This document shows positions 26,217 through 34,294 of a stretch of DNA of 37,241 nt, piece after piece. Below the pieces are notes generated by a model, which saw nothing but the letters and a program-made list of their open reading frames with translations, was not told the DNA's origin and did not search any database. Made by a program: the position numbers and the translations under genes. Numbering within the stretch: the stretch's first letter is position 1; each line of letters starts with the position of its first letter. The stretch covers positions 1-37,241 of the forward strand of contig JBDRQI010000034.1 in assembly GCA_043826355.1 (NCBI GenBank), given 5' to 3'. This DNA comes from Candidatus Omnitrophota bacterium. Its GTDB lineage: Bacteria > Ratteibacteria > UBA8468 > MWAK01.

Positions 26217-26270
26217 CCGCAGGTCCGCCTGCGCCAAAACTACGGCGAGATAAACTTTAACCTGCGTTAC
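26213..26270. repeat. GTAG-type REP with a family-A element in its loop
   Basis: GTAGCCGCAGG[TCCGCCTGCGCCAAAACTACGGCGAGATAAAC]TTTAACCTGCGTTAC. Confidence 0.75.
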
Positions 26271-26282
26271 CGTTAGGTATTT

Positions 26283-26831
26283 ATGTCTCCTTACTTGGTG
26301 GTGGGCTTGGGCAATCCCGGCGCCGGCTATCAGAAAAACAGGCATAATCTGGGATTTCGCGTTATAGACAAACTGGCCCGCCGCGACGAAAACCTTTCCT
26401 TGCCCGGCGCAGCGTCTTTCCGGAGAACCGGCAAGGCGTTTGTGGCGAAGGCGAAGATTGCAAACCGCAACCTGATTCTCACTAAACCGCGTACTTACGT
26501 GAACCGCAGCGGCGAAGCGGTCTTAAGCCTCCTGACGCGCAACCGAATCCCCAAAGAAAATATCCTGATAGTCTGCGACGACCTGTCGTTGCCCCTGGGA
26601 AAATCACGACTGCGTTTTAAAGGCCGTTCCGGCGGGCACAACGGTCTGCAATCGGTCATTGAAGCAATCGGAAACGAATTTGCCCGTCTCCGGCTTGGCA
26701 TCGGAACACCGGGGTCTTCGGCAGAATGGGCTGATTATGTTTTGAAAGATTTTACATTGGAAGAGGAAGAGAAACTCCCAAAAATAATAGACGAAGCAGT
26801 AGCAGAAATTATCAAATTTACAAAAAGGTAG
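26283..26831 (+). CDS. pth: Peptidyl-tRNA hydrolase
   Basis: 'LVVGLGNPG..Y..NRHNLGF', 'KP.TYVN.SG.AV', 'GGHNGLQS', 'RLRLGIG', 'DYVL..F'. Confidence 0.96.
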   Translation: MSPYLVVGLGNPGAGYQKNRHNLGFRVIDKLARRDENLSLPGAASFRRTGKAFVAKAKIANRNLILTKPRTYVNRSGEAVLSLLTRNRIPKENILIVCDDLSLPLGKSRLRFKGRSGGHNGLQSVIEAIGNEFARLRLGIGTPGSSAEWADYVLKDFTLEEEEKLPKIIDEAVAEIIKFTKR

Positions 26832-26872
26832 GGGCTTGATTTACTATGTCCGCCATAGCCTCGCGCCCCCAC
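26828..26872. repeat. GTAG-type REP carrying a truncated family-A element
   Basis: GTAGGGGCTTGATTTA[CTATGTCCGCCATAGCC]TCGCGCCCCCAC parallels 30985-31018 plus 31063-31069. Confidence 0.65.
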
Positions 26873-26876
26873 AACT

Positions 26877-28037
26877 ATGGATTATTTTCAGGAATCACTC
26901 GCCCTGCACCTGGCACACCGGGGGAAGATTGAAGTGTGCAGCAAGGTTGCGCTGAAAGACAAGGCCGACCTGTCCCTTGCCTACACCCCCGGCGTGGCCG
27001 CTCCCTGCAAAGAGATTGAACAGAACCCGGAACGTCTCTACGACTACACCAGCAAGGGAAATATGGTGGCGGTGGTAACAGACGGCAGCGCGGTCTTAGG
27101 CCTGGGCAACATCGGTCCGGAAGCCAGCCTGCCGGTAATGGAAGGCAAGGCGATTCTCTTCAAGAAATTCGGCGGGATTGACGCTTTTCCAATCGCCATT
27201 GCCAGCCAGGACGTGGATGAGATTGTCCGCACCGTCGTTTTAATTTCACCCGTCTTTGGAGGCATAAACCTGGAGGATATTTCCGCGCCCCGGTGTTTTC
27301 TGGTTGAGGAACGGCTGAAAAAAGAGTTGAAGATTCCGGTCTTTCACGACGACCAGCACGGAACCGCAGTGGTAACCTACGCGGCCCTGTTAAACGGCTT
27401 AAAAATAGTAAGGAAAAATAAGGAAGATATTAAAGTGGTCATTTCCGGGGCGGGTGCCGCGGGCATTGCGATTGCCAAATTTTTGATGGCGGCCGGCGTT
27501 ACGGAAATCATTGTCTGCGACCGCCGCGGGGCCATCTACGAAGGAAGGGACGTCGCAACCAATACCGCCAAGGAAGAAATTGCCCGGCGCACCAACCGGA
27601 AAAAACTCTCCGGGAGCTTATCTTCCGCGCTGGCTGGAGCAGATGTCTTTGTCGGGGTTTCGGTGCCGGGCCTGATTACCGCAGAAGACGTGAAGAAGAT
27701 GGCCGCCGGGTCCATTGTCCTGGCAATGGCCAACCCGATTCCGGAAATTCCACCGGATGAAGCCAGGAAAGCCGGCGCCGCAATCGTGGCAACCGGGCGG
27801 AGTGATTTTCCCAACCAGGTTAATAACCTGTTAGCTTTCCCGGGGATTTTTAAAGGCGCTTTTCAAGCAAAGGCAGGCAGTATTACCGAAGAGATGAAGA
27901 TTGCGGCCAGCCGGGCCATCGCCTCGCTGGTTTCCGATAAAGAACTCTCACCGGATTATATTATTCCCTCACCCCTGGACCGCCGCGTGGCCGATGCGGT
28001 CGCAAAAGCGGTAAAGAACGCCGCGTGTCAGCGGTAG
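26877..28037 (+). CDS. NAD(P)-dependent malic enzyme (short type, no PTA domain)
   Basis: 'LSLAYTPGVA', 'VTDGSAVLGLGNIG', 'VMEGKAILFK', 'INLEDI.AP.CF', 'FHDDQHGTA', 'GAGAAG', 'ATGRSDFPNQVNN'. Confidence 0.95.
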   Translation: MDYFQESLALHLAHRGKIEVCSKVALKDKADLSLAYTPGVAAPCKEIEQNPERLYDYTSKGNMVAVVTDGSAVLGLGNIGPEASLPVMEGKAILFKKFGGIDAFPIAIASQDVDEIVRTVVLISPVFGGINLEDISAPRCFLVEERLKKELKIPVFHDDQHGTAVVTYAALLNGLKIVRKNKEDIKVVISGAGAAGIAIAKFLMAAGVTEIIVCDRRGAIYEGRDVATNTAKEEIARRTNRKKLSGSLSSALAGADVFVGVSVPGLITAEDVKKMAAGSIVLAMANPIPEIPPDEARKAGAAIVATGRSDFPNQVNNLLAFPGIFKGAFQAKAGSITEEMKIAASRAIASLVSDKELSPDYIIPSPLDRRVADAVAKAVKNAACQR

Positions 28038-28678
28038 GAAGCACCCCAGTCGCTGTACTCGGAGAGATAGACGTTGTAATCCTCGGAAGCCATATTCAAG
28101 ACCGGGCCCAATCCTTTATTTTTGTGCCAGAGACAGCGCACAACCGGCGTATGTCCCTTGTACTGGGATGCGGTAAGCATGTATTGAGAATACTCCCGCC
28201 AGGAAGCTCCAACGGGTATGTCCGGATAAATTACCGTTTCATCCGAAGGCGCCGGGTCCGGATTCCACATATAAAGATAACTGCAGTTTGCGCTTGAATT
28301 ACTGCGGGAACCGGCAGCGGTGTTTACCTCAGCATCGCACCCGGCCCAACCATTGGCCTCAGAAGCGCCCCAAGCCTCAAATCCATGTCCCAGCGCTCCG
28401 TTGTTCTGGTCGGTCAGACAACGCAAAATTTTCGGGTTGGTACCCAGGTAAGTCGGTTGCAGATCAGACAACCAGTACGGAAACTGGTTTAACCAGTCCT
28501 GGCGGTACATCTCAATCGCGAGGGAAAATTGTCTCAGGTTACTGATGCAGTTTGCCTGGCGCCCTTTTTCACGCGCAGTGGAAAGAGCCGGCAGCATCTG
28601 GCTGGCTAAAATATTGATGATGGCGATTACCACCAGCAGTTCAATTAAAGTAAATCCAACGCGTTTTTTACTGTTCAT
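28028..28678 (-). CDS. Prepilin-type N-terminal cleavage/methylation domain protein (DUF1559-like)
   Basis: [50 protein letters not shown]; 'CSYLY', 'VRCLWH'. Confidence 0.88.
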   Translation of the reverse strand: MNSKKRVGFTLIELLVVIAIINILASQMLPALSTAREKGRQANCISNLRQFSLAIEMYRQDWLNQFPYWLSDLQPTYLGTNPKILRCLTDQNNGALGHGFEAWGASEANGWAGCDAEVNTAAGSRSNSSANCSYLYMWNPDPAPSDETVIYPDIPVGASWREYSQYMLTASQYKGHTPVVRCLWHKNKGLGPVLNMASEDYNVYLSEYSDWGASYR

Positions 28679-28685
28679 TTTATCG

Positions 28686-29378
28686 TCATTTTTCTTCCCT
28701 GGCTTCAATTTCCTTAACTGCGACGACGGCGGCGGCCCTCACCGTAAAATCCGTCCCGCTGCCGCCCAGGTTCTTCAGCCGGTTCAGAATCTCCGGTCCG
28801 GCCTCCCGGCTTAGAACGGAAAGAGCTTCAACCCGCAGGGAACTGTCTTCCGTAATTTTCTCTGCCAGGCGTAAAATAACGGCGGTTTTTTCCGGGCCGG
28901 GCATCTGCGCCAGAAAAATCAGGGCGGTACGTCTCACTGTAAGCGATGGGTCGGAAAGGCCTTCTTTCAGGTAGGGATATGCTTTTTCTTTTTCCTTGCG
29001 GGCAATGGTTTCCAGACCGAGCGTCCGGATGTTTACGTCCGGCGATTTCAAAAAATTGAGAAATTTTTCCCGGTCTAAAATCAGAATGGAATGGGCGGCG
29101 GCCCGGCGCACTCTTTCATCCGGGTCTGAAATGAAGATATGCTCAAGGTTTAGGACCGCACCCTTCGCGTTGATTCGTCCTAAACCAAACACGGCATCAA
29201 GACGGTTTTCCGGCACCGGGCTGGCAAGACCCTGCAGGTATTTTTTCGGACTTTCCCCTTCCGGCCTGCGGCAGGAACGTACGATGAAAACCAGAAGGAA
29301 GATAAAAATTAAAACAAGCAGAAAACCGGCGGCAAGCTTTCGTCTTTCTGGAATATTCCAGAAATTGTTTATCGGCAT
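28686..29378 (-). CDS. Membrane-anchored HEAT/PBS-lyase repeat protein
   Basis: N-terminal TM helix, then repeats 'DPDERVRRAAA', 'SPDVNIRTLGL', 'DPSLTVRRTAL', 'DSSLRVEAL', 'DFTVRAAA'. Confidence 0.8.
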   Translation of the reverse strand: MPINNFWNIPERRKLAAGFLLVLIFIFLLVFIVRSCRRPEGESPKKYLQGLASPVPENRLDAVFGLGRINAKGAVLNLEHIFISDPDERVRRAAAHSILILDREKFLNFLKSPDVNIRTLGLETIARKEKEKAYPYLKEGLSDPSLTVRRTALIFLAQMPGPEKTAVILRLAEKITEDSSLRVEALSVLSREAGPEILNRLKNLGGSGTDFTVRAAAVVAVKEIEAREEK

Positions 29379-29396
29379 TTACCTTTCCAACGAATT

Positions 29397-29777
29397 TTAT
29401 TCTTTAACCCTTACTTTTACCGGGACCGGCGGGGAGGGCTGCTTTTTTACGGCCGACCCTTCACGCTCTCCGCGGGGAACTGAAGGAATCATTTCTCCCG
29501 TCGGGATTGACGAAGGTAGAATTACAGACGGCGGGACCGGCGTTGTCTCGGAAACCTTCAAAATAGAATTGAGAACGTTGGGGTTGGCAACGCCCTGTTC
29601 CGCCTGGCCAACAACGTAATAGTAATAACCGCCGAGTCCGACAAGAATCAGAGAAAGAATTAACGCAACCACAAACTTTGGCTTACTCACTTCCAATACA
29701 ATCAAAGCTAAAATAATTCCCAGTAAACCCACCGCTACGACAACCAGCGCCGAAAGGTAGCCCATCACGTATTCCAT
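29397..29777 (-). CDS. Hypothetical membrane protein (2 TM helices, Pro-rich tail)
   Basis: Two hydrophobic segments; SD GGAGG at 29784-29788. Confidence 0.7.
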   Translation of the reverse strand: MEYVMGYLSALVVVAVGLLGIILALIVLEVSKPKFVVALILSLILVGLGGYYYYVVGQAEQGVANPNVLNSILKVSETTPVPPSVILPSSIPTGEMIPSVPRGEREGSAVKKQPSPPVPVKVRVKE

Positions 29778-29819
29778 CCCTTACCTCCGTTAAGAATTAA
29801 AAATGTATTGATTGCTTTT

Positions 29820-29849
29820 ATCTTACCCCCTTTTCCCTTTCCCTGTCAA
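29820..29849 (-). promoter_or_regulatory. sigma70 promoter for the membrane/HEAT/prepilin operon
   Basis: TTGACA (29849-29844), 18 nt, TAAGAT (29825-29820). Confidence 0.55.
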
Positions 29850-29854
29850 TTCTT

Positions 29855-29893
29855 CTTTACACCTTTACACCGGTATGCCCGGGGTATGCCCGG
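29855..29893. repeat. Adjacent short tandem duplications
   Basis: CTTTACAC x2 followed by GGTATGCCCGG x2, just downstream of mraY. Confidence 0.6.
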
Positions 29894-29912
29894 CTCGGGA
29901 CGTAAATCAGCA

Positions 29913-30977
29913 TCAGCGAATCTTGAGGGTCACCAGCGAAAAGAGCGCGAAGATAATGGCCAGAATCCAGAAACGGATAACTATCTTTGATTCCGGCCAG
30001 CCGTGCAGTTCAAAATGATGGTGGAGCGGCGTCATGGCAAAGACCCGTTTCCCCCGGGTTTTAAAGGAAGCAACCTGGATGATTACCGAAAGCGCCTCAA
30101 TCACAAAAACTCCTCCGGCGAAAAATAAGGCAAATTCCTGTTTGGTAAGGATGGCCACCACGCCCAGACTGCCGCCTAAACTGAGGCTCCCGGTGTCACC
30201 CATGAAAATTTCGGCCGGATAGGCGTTAAACCAGAGAAATCCCAGGCTGGCGCCGATAAGACTGGCGCAAAAAACCGAGAGTTCGCCCACGCCCCGGATA
30301 AAAACAAGGCCTAAATAATTGGCAAAAACATAATTGCCCACCACGTAGCTGATGAAGGTAAAGGTTATTGCCACCATCAGCACCGACCCAATCGCCAGGC
30401 CGTCTAAACCGTCTGTAATGTTAACCGCGTTGGAACTGGCCGTCAAAATAAAAATTACCAGCAAGAGGTACCAGACACCCATATTCCAGATAATTTCCTT
30501 AAAGAAAGGCGGGTAAATGGTCGTTCCAAGTTGAAAGGGACCCAGAAAAAGGGCCAGACCGATAACCAGGCCCAGGCTGACCTGGCTGATTATCTTCACC
30601 AGGGGACTGATTCCCTTTGCCTGTTTCCGGATGTATTTGGTGTAATCATCGTAAAAACCGGTTGCGGCCAGCCAGGCCAGGGAAAGGAGTGTCAGAAGCA
30701 GATATTTATTGGAAAGGTCCGCCCACAAAATTACGGAAATGATAACGGCGCCAACTATTAATACACCACCCATTGTCGGGGTGCCATATTTGGAAGCATG
30801 AAAATCCAGGAGGTCGGGGTGCTTCAGGTGCTGCATGGCCTTAATAAAGCGCGGACCGAAATAAAGGACCAGAAAAAGACTGGTAAAAGCAGCCAGCACC
30901 ATCCTGACCGTCAGGTAACGGAAGACGTTAAATCCGGACCAGTAATCACTCAGGAGATAAAGTAATTGGTATAACAT
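29913..30977 (-). CDS. mraY: Phospho-N-acetylmuramoyl-pentapeptide transferase
   Basis: 'GTPTMGG', 'GFYDDY.K', 'SNAVNITDGLDGLA', 'FLWFNAYPA.IFMGDTGSL', 'PLHHHFEL.GW.E'; start at ATG 30977. Confidence 0.97.
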   Translation of the reverse strand: MLYQLLYLLSDYWSGFNVFRYLTVRMVLAAFTSLFLVLYFGPRFIKAMQHLKHPDLLDFHASKYGTPTMGGVLIVGAVIISVILWADLSNKYLLLTLLSLAWLAATGFYDDYTKYIRKQAKGISPLVKIISQVSLGLVIGLALFLGPFQLGTTIYPPFFKEIIWNMGVWYLLLVIFILTASSNAVNITDGLDGLAIGSVLMVAITFTFISYVVGNYVFANYLGLVFIRGVGELSVFCASLIGASLGFLWFNAYPAEIFMGDTGSLSLGGSLGVVAILTKQEFALFFAGGVFVIEALSVIIQVASFKTRGKRVFAMTPLHHHFELHGWPESKIVIRFWILAIIFALFSLVTLKIR

Positions 30978-30984
30978 TGTATTA

Positions 30985-31155
30985 GTAGGGGCGCGATTCA
31001 CTGTGTCTCGCCGTAGCCCCTCCTACGCTAAAGCTACGGCGGGTAAACTTGGCGAAGGCGGATCGCGCCGGTCAGCCCCAGGTCGGCCAGACTTCGTCCA
31101 GACGAGCTTCGCCGCCCGGGCGAGCCCGCGCGGGTCGGATAAATCCGACTCCTGC
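30985..31155. repeat. Composite nested palindromic repeat (REP > family A > family A)
   Basis: GTAGGGGCGCGATTCA[CTGTGTCTCGCCGTAGCC{CCTCCTACGCTAAAGCTACGGCGGGTAAAC}TTGGCGAAGGCGGA]TCGCGCC...GGGTCGGATAAATCCGACTCCTGC. Confidence 0.8.
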
Positions 31156-31159
31156 ATTA

Positions 31160-32878
31160 CTACCTAACGACTACGACGGCCCAATCCAGCGTCACTCCGG
31201 TCTTCTTGTCTTTAACCGTCAGGACCTGTTTGCCCGGTGTGCCGAATATAACCAGAAACTTATCAGAAAATTGAAAATTACGGTCGGAAGACGTGCACTC
31301 AAAGTCAGCGGCGTATTCCGAAATTACATTCCCGTAACCGTCACTAAGAATAACCGTGAACTTGTATTCCCGGCCCATAACCACCACCCGGGGAACACCG
31401 TCGAGCCTGATCTGGGCCGGAAGAGCCGGCTTCACCTCAAACGGGTTGGACTTTCCAAAATGGTTGTTTCCGTCTTCCACCGTCAGGAAAGTCTCTTTGG
31501 ATGCTTTTGTAATCAAAACTTCCTCCAGCCTGACTCCGGAAATATAACTCTCCCGGGAAATTTTCAGTGTACCGGTAGCGTCGTTCAGATAAAAACCTTT
31601 AACCGTATTCTCCCAGCGGTCTTTGGAATGAATCATAACATTAAACGTTTCTCCGGCAATCTTCGGAGAATTAATCTTATCAATTGTAAAATGGTCAATT
31701 GCGCCCGGATTTATCACAAAGGCTTTTCCGCCGCTTATCGTGCGGCCGGAATCAAGGGACGCGGTTATCATTAACTTCTGGCTCCCGGCCTTAAAAAAGA
31801 CCAGCGGTATTTTTTTGAGGCCGCCGTCTCTTTTTTCCAATATCAACTCTTTCGGCATTCGGGCGTCCGGGTCGGAACTTTCCAAAATTAGTTTTCCCTC
31901 CCACTCATGACAGACATTTCCGCTCCCGTCCTGCATTAAAACTTCCGCTTCAAAACTCTCACCGGCCCTCAGGGTCTTATCCGGTATATTCAAACTGACC
32001 TGTTCCCAAGGCCCGGCGCCTATGCCGCCAACCACTGCAGCTGAAAAAACTTTCCCCGCCTCATCCACAATCAGGATTGTATCCCCCTGCACACTCTTTG
32101 AAACGGGAACTTCTCCCTCCCAGACGCCCTTGGAAAGCATCACCGTTTCGGGCTGAATACTGTCATTCACGCTCACAACACTCACCATCTTATCAACCGG
32201 CACCAGCTTTTCCGATGCATCATAACCGACAATCTTCATTCGTAATTTCCCGGCGACGATTTTCTCCGGTAGGTTTTCCACCCGAATCTTACTCGGCGCC
32301 TCCGCCGGCTTCACCGTTACTTCCGGTTCCGGCTCCTGTTCCTCGGTAACAGCCGGCTGTTTCGGAGAAGGTTTTAGCACCGGAAAATTTACCCTGGGTC
32401 CGACGTTAACCGTACCATCCGCGTAAAGAATATGATAGCCCCGGGTATGCGGCGTCGGCGCATCAGGGCTAACTGAAGTTACCTCGATCATCAGCCAGGT
32501 GGAATCCGGAAGCCCATCCAGATTCTTACCGCTCACCGTATCGTTCCAGAGATAGTTTGTGCCGCGTTTATTAAGTTCGGAAGGAATTGCCGGGCAGAAA
32601 AAAACGTCCTTGCTGCCGCCGAGATTATCCTTGAGCAAATTATTGATTCCCTTTGGGTCATCCGGAGAAATCGGAAAAAAAACAGCGTTGGGCAGGAAAC
32701 CGTTGTTCATCTGAAAATCAACCAGCGCCAGATAAATCTGCTTCAGGTTATTCTGACAGGCAGCTTCGTTCCCTTTACGAATAACCTGGTAAGCGGTAAA
32801 AGAAACCGAAGAAACAAAAACGGCAACCACCGCTAATTCCAAAAGCGCAAACCCGGATTTCCGCCAAGCGCGTTTCAT
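31160..32878 (-). CDS. Prepilin-like / H-X9-DG domain protein fused to C-terminal beta-rich (probably Ig-like) domains
   Basis: MKRAWRKSG|FALLELAVV, 'ACQNNLKQI', 'FFCPA', 'HTRGYHILYADG' (H-X9-DG), a Pro/Glu linker, then repeated 'AGE.F.V.I...D..GN' beta modules. Confidence 0.72.
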   Translation of the reverse strand: MKRAWRKSGFALLELAVVAVFVSSVSFTAYQVIRKGNEAACQNNLKQIYLALVDFQMNNGFLPNAVFFPISPDDPKGINNLLKDNLGGSKDVFFCPAIPSELNKRGTNYLWNDTVSGKNLDGLPDSTWLMIEVTSVSPDAPTPHTRGYHILYADGTVNVGPRVNFPVLKPSPKQPAVTEEQEPEPEVTVKPAEAPSKIRVENLPEKIVAGKLRMKIVGYDASEKLVPVDKMVSVVSVNDSIQPETVMLSKGVWEGEVPVSKSVQGDTILIVDEAGKVFSAAVVGGIGAGPWEQVSLNIPDKTLRAGESFEAEVLMQDGSGNVCHEWEGKLILESSDPDARMPKELILEKRDGGLKKIPLVFFKAGSQKLMITASLDSGRTISGGKAFVINPGAIDHFTIDKINSPKIAGETFNVMIHSKDRWENTVKGFYLNDATGTLKISRESYISGVRLEEVLITKASKETFLTVEDGNNHFGKSNPFEVKPALPAQIRLDGVPRVVVMGREYKFTVILSDGYGNVISEYAADFECTSSDRNFQFSDKFLVIFGTPGKQVLTVKDKKTGVTLDWAVVVVR

Positions 32879-32885
32879 AATGTTG

Positions 32886-34289
32886 TTATTGTATCATAAA
32901 CTGCTCAACGATTTCTTCTAATTTGAGAAAACGGGAACCTTTAATAAAAACGAAAACGCCGGGATGAAGGTTTTTCCGCAAAAAGAAACCGGCGGCTTGA
33001 TTATTCTCCGCCCGCAAAATTCTGTTTTCGGGAAAACCGGATGAAAGAGCGCCTTCCCTCATTGTTTCCTTGTCCGGACCAGCCAGGATTAAACAGTCCG
33101 GATTTACCTGCGCCAGAAATCTTCCCAGGCTGAGATGGCTCTTTTGGGAAAAACGCCCCAATTCCGCCATAGAGCCGGCTATGATTACCTTGCGGTTATT
33201 CCCGGCCAGGCGCCGAAAAGCAGACAGCGCCTCCCGGAAAGAGGCGGGGTTGGCGTTATAGGTGTCGTCAACGATATAAGCGCCGGACTTTTCCAAGACC
33301 TGAAAACGGTGCTTCGCTGGCTTGAACTTAGACAATTGTTCGGTCAGGACATCTTCCGAAACTCCAAACCGCAGGGCCAGGGCTGAAGCCGCCAGGACAT
33401 TTTTGAGATTGAAGAGACCAAAAATCGGAACAAAAAGCGGCCGGGGCTTTCTTTCTTTCCGTCCGAGCAGAAAATAAGTACCCTCCGGTGTGAACCGGAT
33501 ATTTTTCGGGAAGTAATCGGCTCCCTTATTCAAACCGAAAGTAACGCGTTCCCGCACCGGAAAAGAGGACAGAAAAGAAAAGAAACGGTCATCGGCCGGA
33601 AGGACTGCGCAGCCGTATTTGAGATAAGCCAACAGTTCCGCTTTGGCAGCGGCTATCCGGCTTTTGTTGCGCAAAAAACCCAGGTGCGCGGAACCGATAT
33701 TGGTAATCAAGCCAAAATTTGGAGATGCGGCCCGGCTCAAATCCGCAATCTCGCCGGGGTGATTCATTCCCATTTCCAGAACCGCCGCCTGGTCAACCGC
33801 GCTCAACTTAAGAATAGAAAGGGGAAGACCAATTTCGTTATTGAAGTTCCCGGCATTAGCCGTTACGCGACAGGAAGCAGAGAGAATATGCACGATAAGT
33901 TCCTTGGTTGTGGTCTTACCGCTGCTTCCGGTTATGGCGATGACCGGTATTTTGAATTTCCGGCGGTAGTTTTCGGCGATGCACAGAAGCGCTTTTTTGG
34001 TGTCGGGAACAGAGATTAAAATAAACCCTCCTTCTTTCCGGCGGGGAGAGGCGAAGCGAGGGGGATTAAACTTCCCGGTGGAGAAGAGAGCGCCGGAAGC
34101 GCCTTTAGCAGCGGCCGCAGCCATAAAGTGATGCCCGTCAAAGTTTTTTCCGGCAATCGGGATAAAAAAATCCCCCCGCTTAAGGGTGCGGGTGTCAATT
34201 GAAATAGAGCGAACCACAAAATCTTTTCGTCCCCGTTTCAACGAACCGCCGGTCCATTCCAGGAGTTCTTTTACGGTTATCTTTTCCAT
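32886..34289 (-). CDS. murF: UDP-N-acetylmuramoyl-tripeptide--D-alanyl-D-alanine ligase
   Basis: 'ISIDTR', 'G.NFDGH.F', 'ITGSSGKTTTKE', 'NFNNEIGLP', 'EMGMNHPGEI', 'DDTYNANP.S', 'KGSR..KLE'. Confidence 0.96.
   Translation of the reverse strand: MEKITVKELLEWTGGSLKRGRKDFVVRSISIDTRTLKRGDFFIPIAGKNFDGHHFMAAAAAKGASGALFSTGKFNPPRFASPRRKEGGFILISVPDTKKALLCIAENYRRKFKIPVIAITGSSGKTTTKELIVHILSASCRVTANAGNFNNEIGLPLSILKLSAVDQAAVLEMGMNHPGEIADLSRAASPNFGLITNIGSAHLGFLRNKSRIAAAKAELLAYLKYGCAVLPADDRFFSFLSSFPVRERVTFGLNKGADYFPKNIRFTPEGTYFLLGRKERKPRPLFVPIFGLFNLKNVLAASALALRFGVSEDVLTEQLSKFKPAKHRFQVLEKSGAYIVDDTYNANPASFREALSAFRRLAGNNRKVIIAGSMAELGRFSQKSHLSLGRFLAQVNPDCLILAGPDKETMREGALSSGFPENRILRAENNQAAGFFLRKNLHPGVFVFIKGSRFLKLEEIVEQFMIQ
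34025..34064. repeat. Palindromic-repeat-like segment, in frame in murF
   Basis: Minus strand CCCCCTCGCTTCGCCTCTCCCCGCCGGAAAGAAGGAGGG resembles 21493-21528; encodes PPRFASPRRKEG in a linker. Confidence 0.55.
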
Positions 34290-34294
34290 CTGGA

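Noticed and set aside
28028..28037. 10-bp convergent overlap of malic enzyme and prepilin genes
   Set aside because: Short tail-to-tail overlaps are common.
31049..31774. 241 aa plus-strand ORF
   Set aside because: Starts in repeat DNA and lies antisense to 31160-32878.
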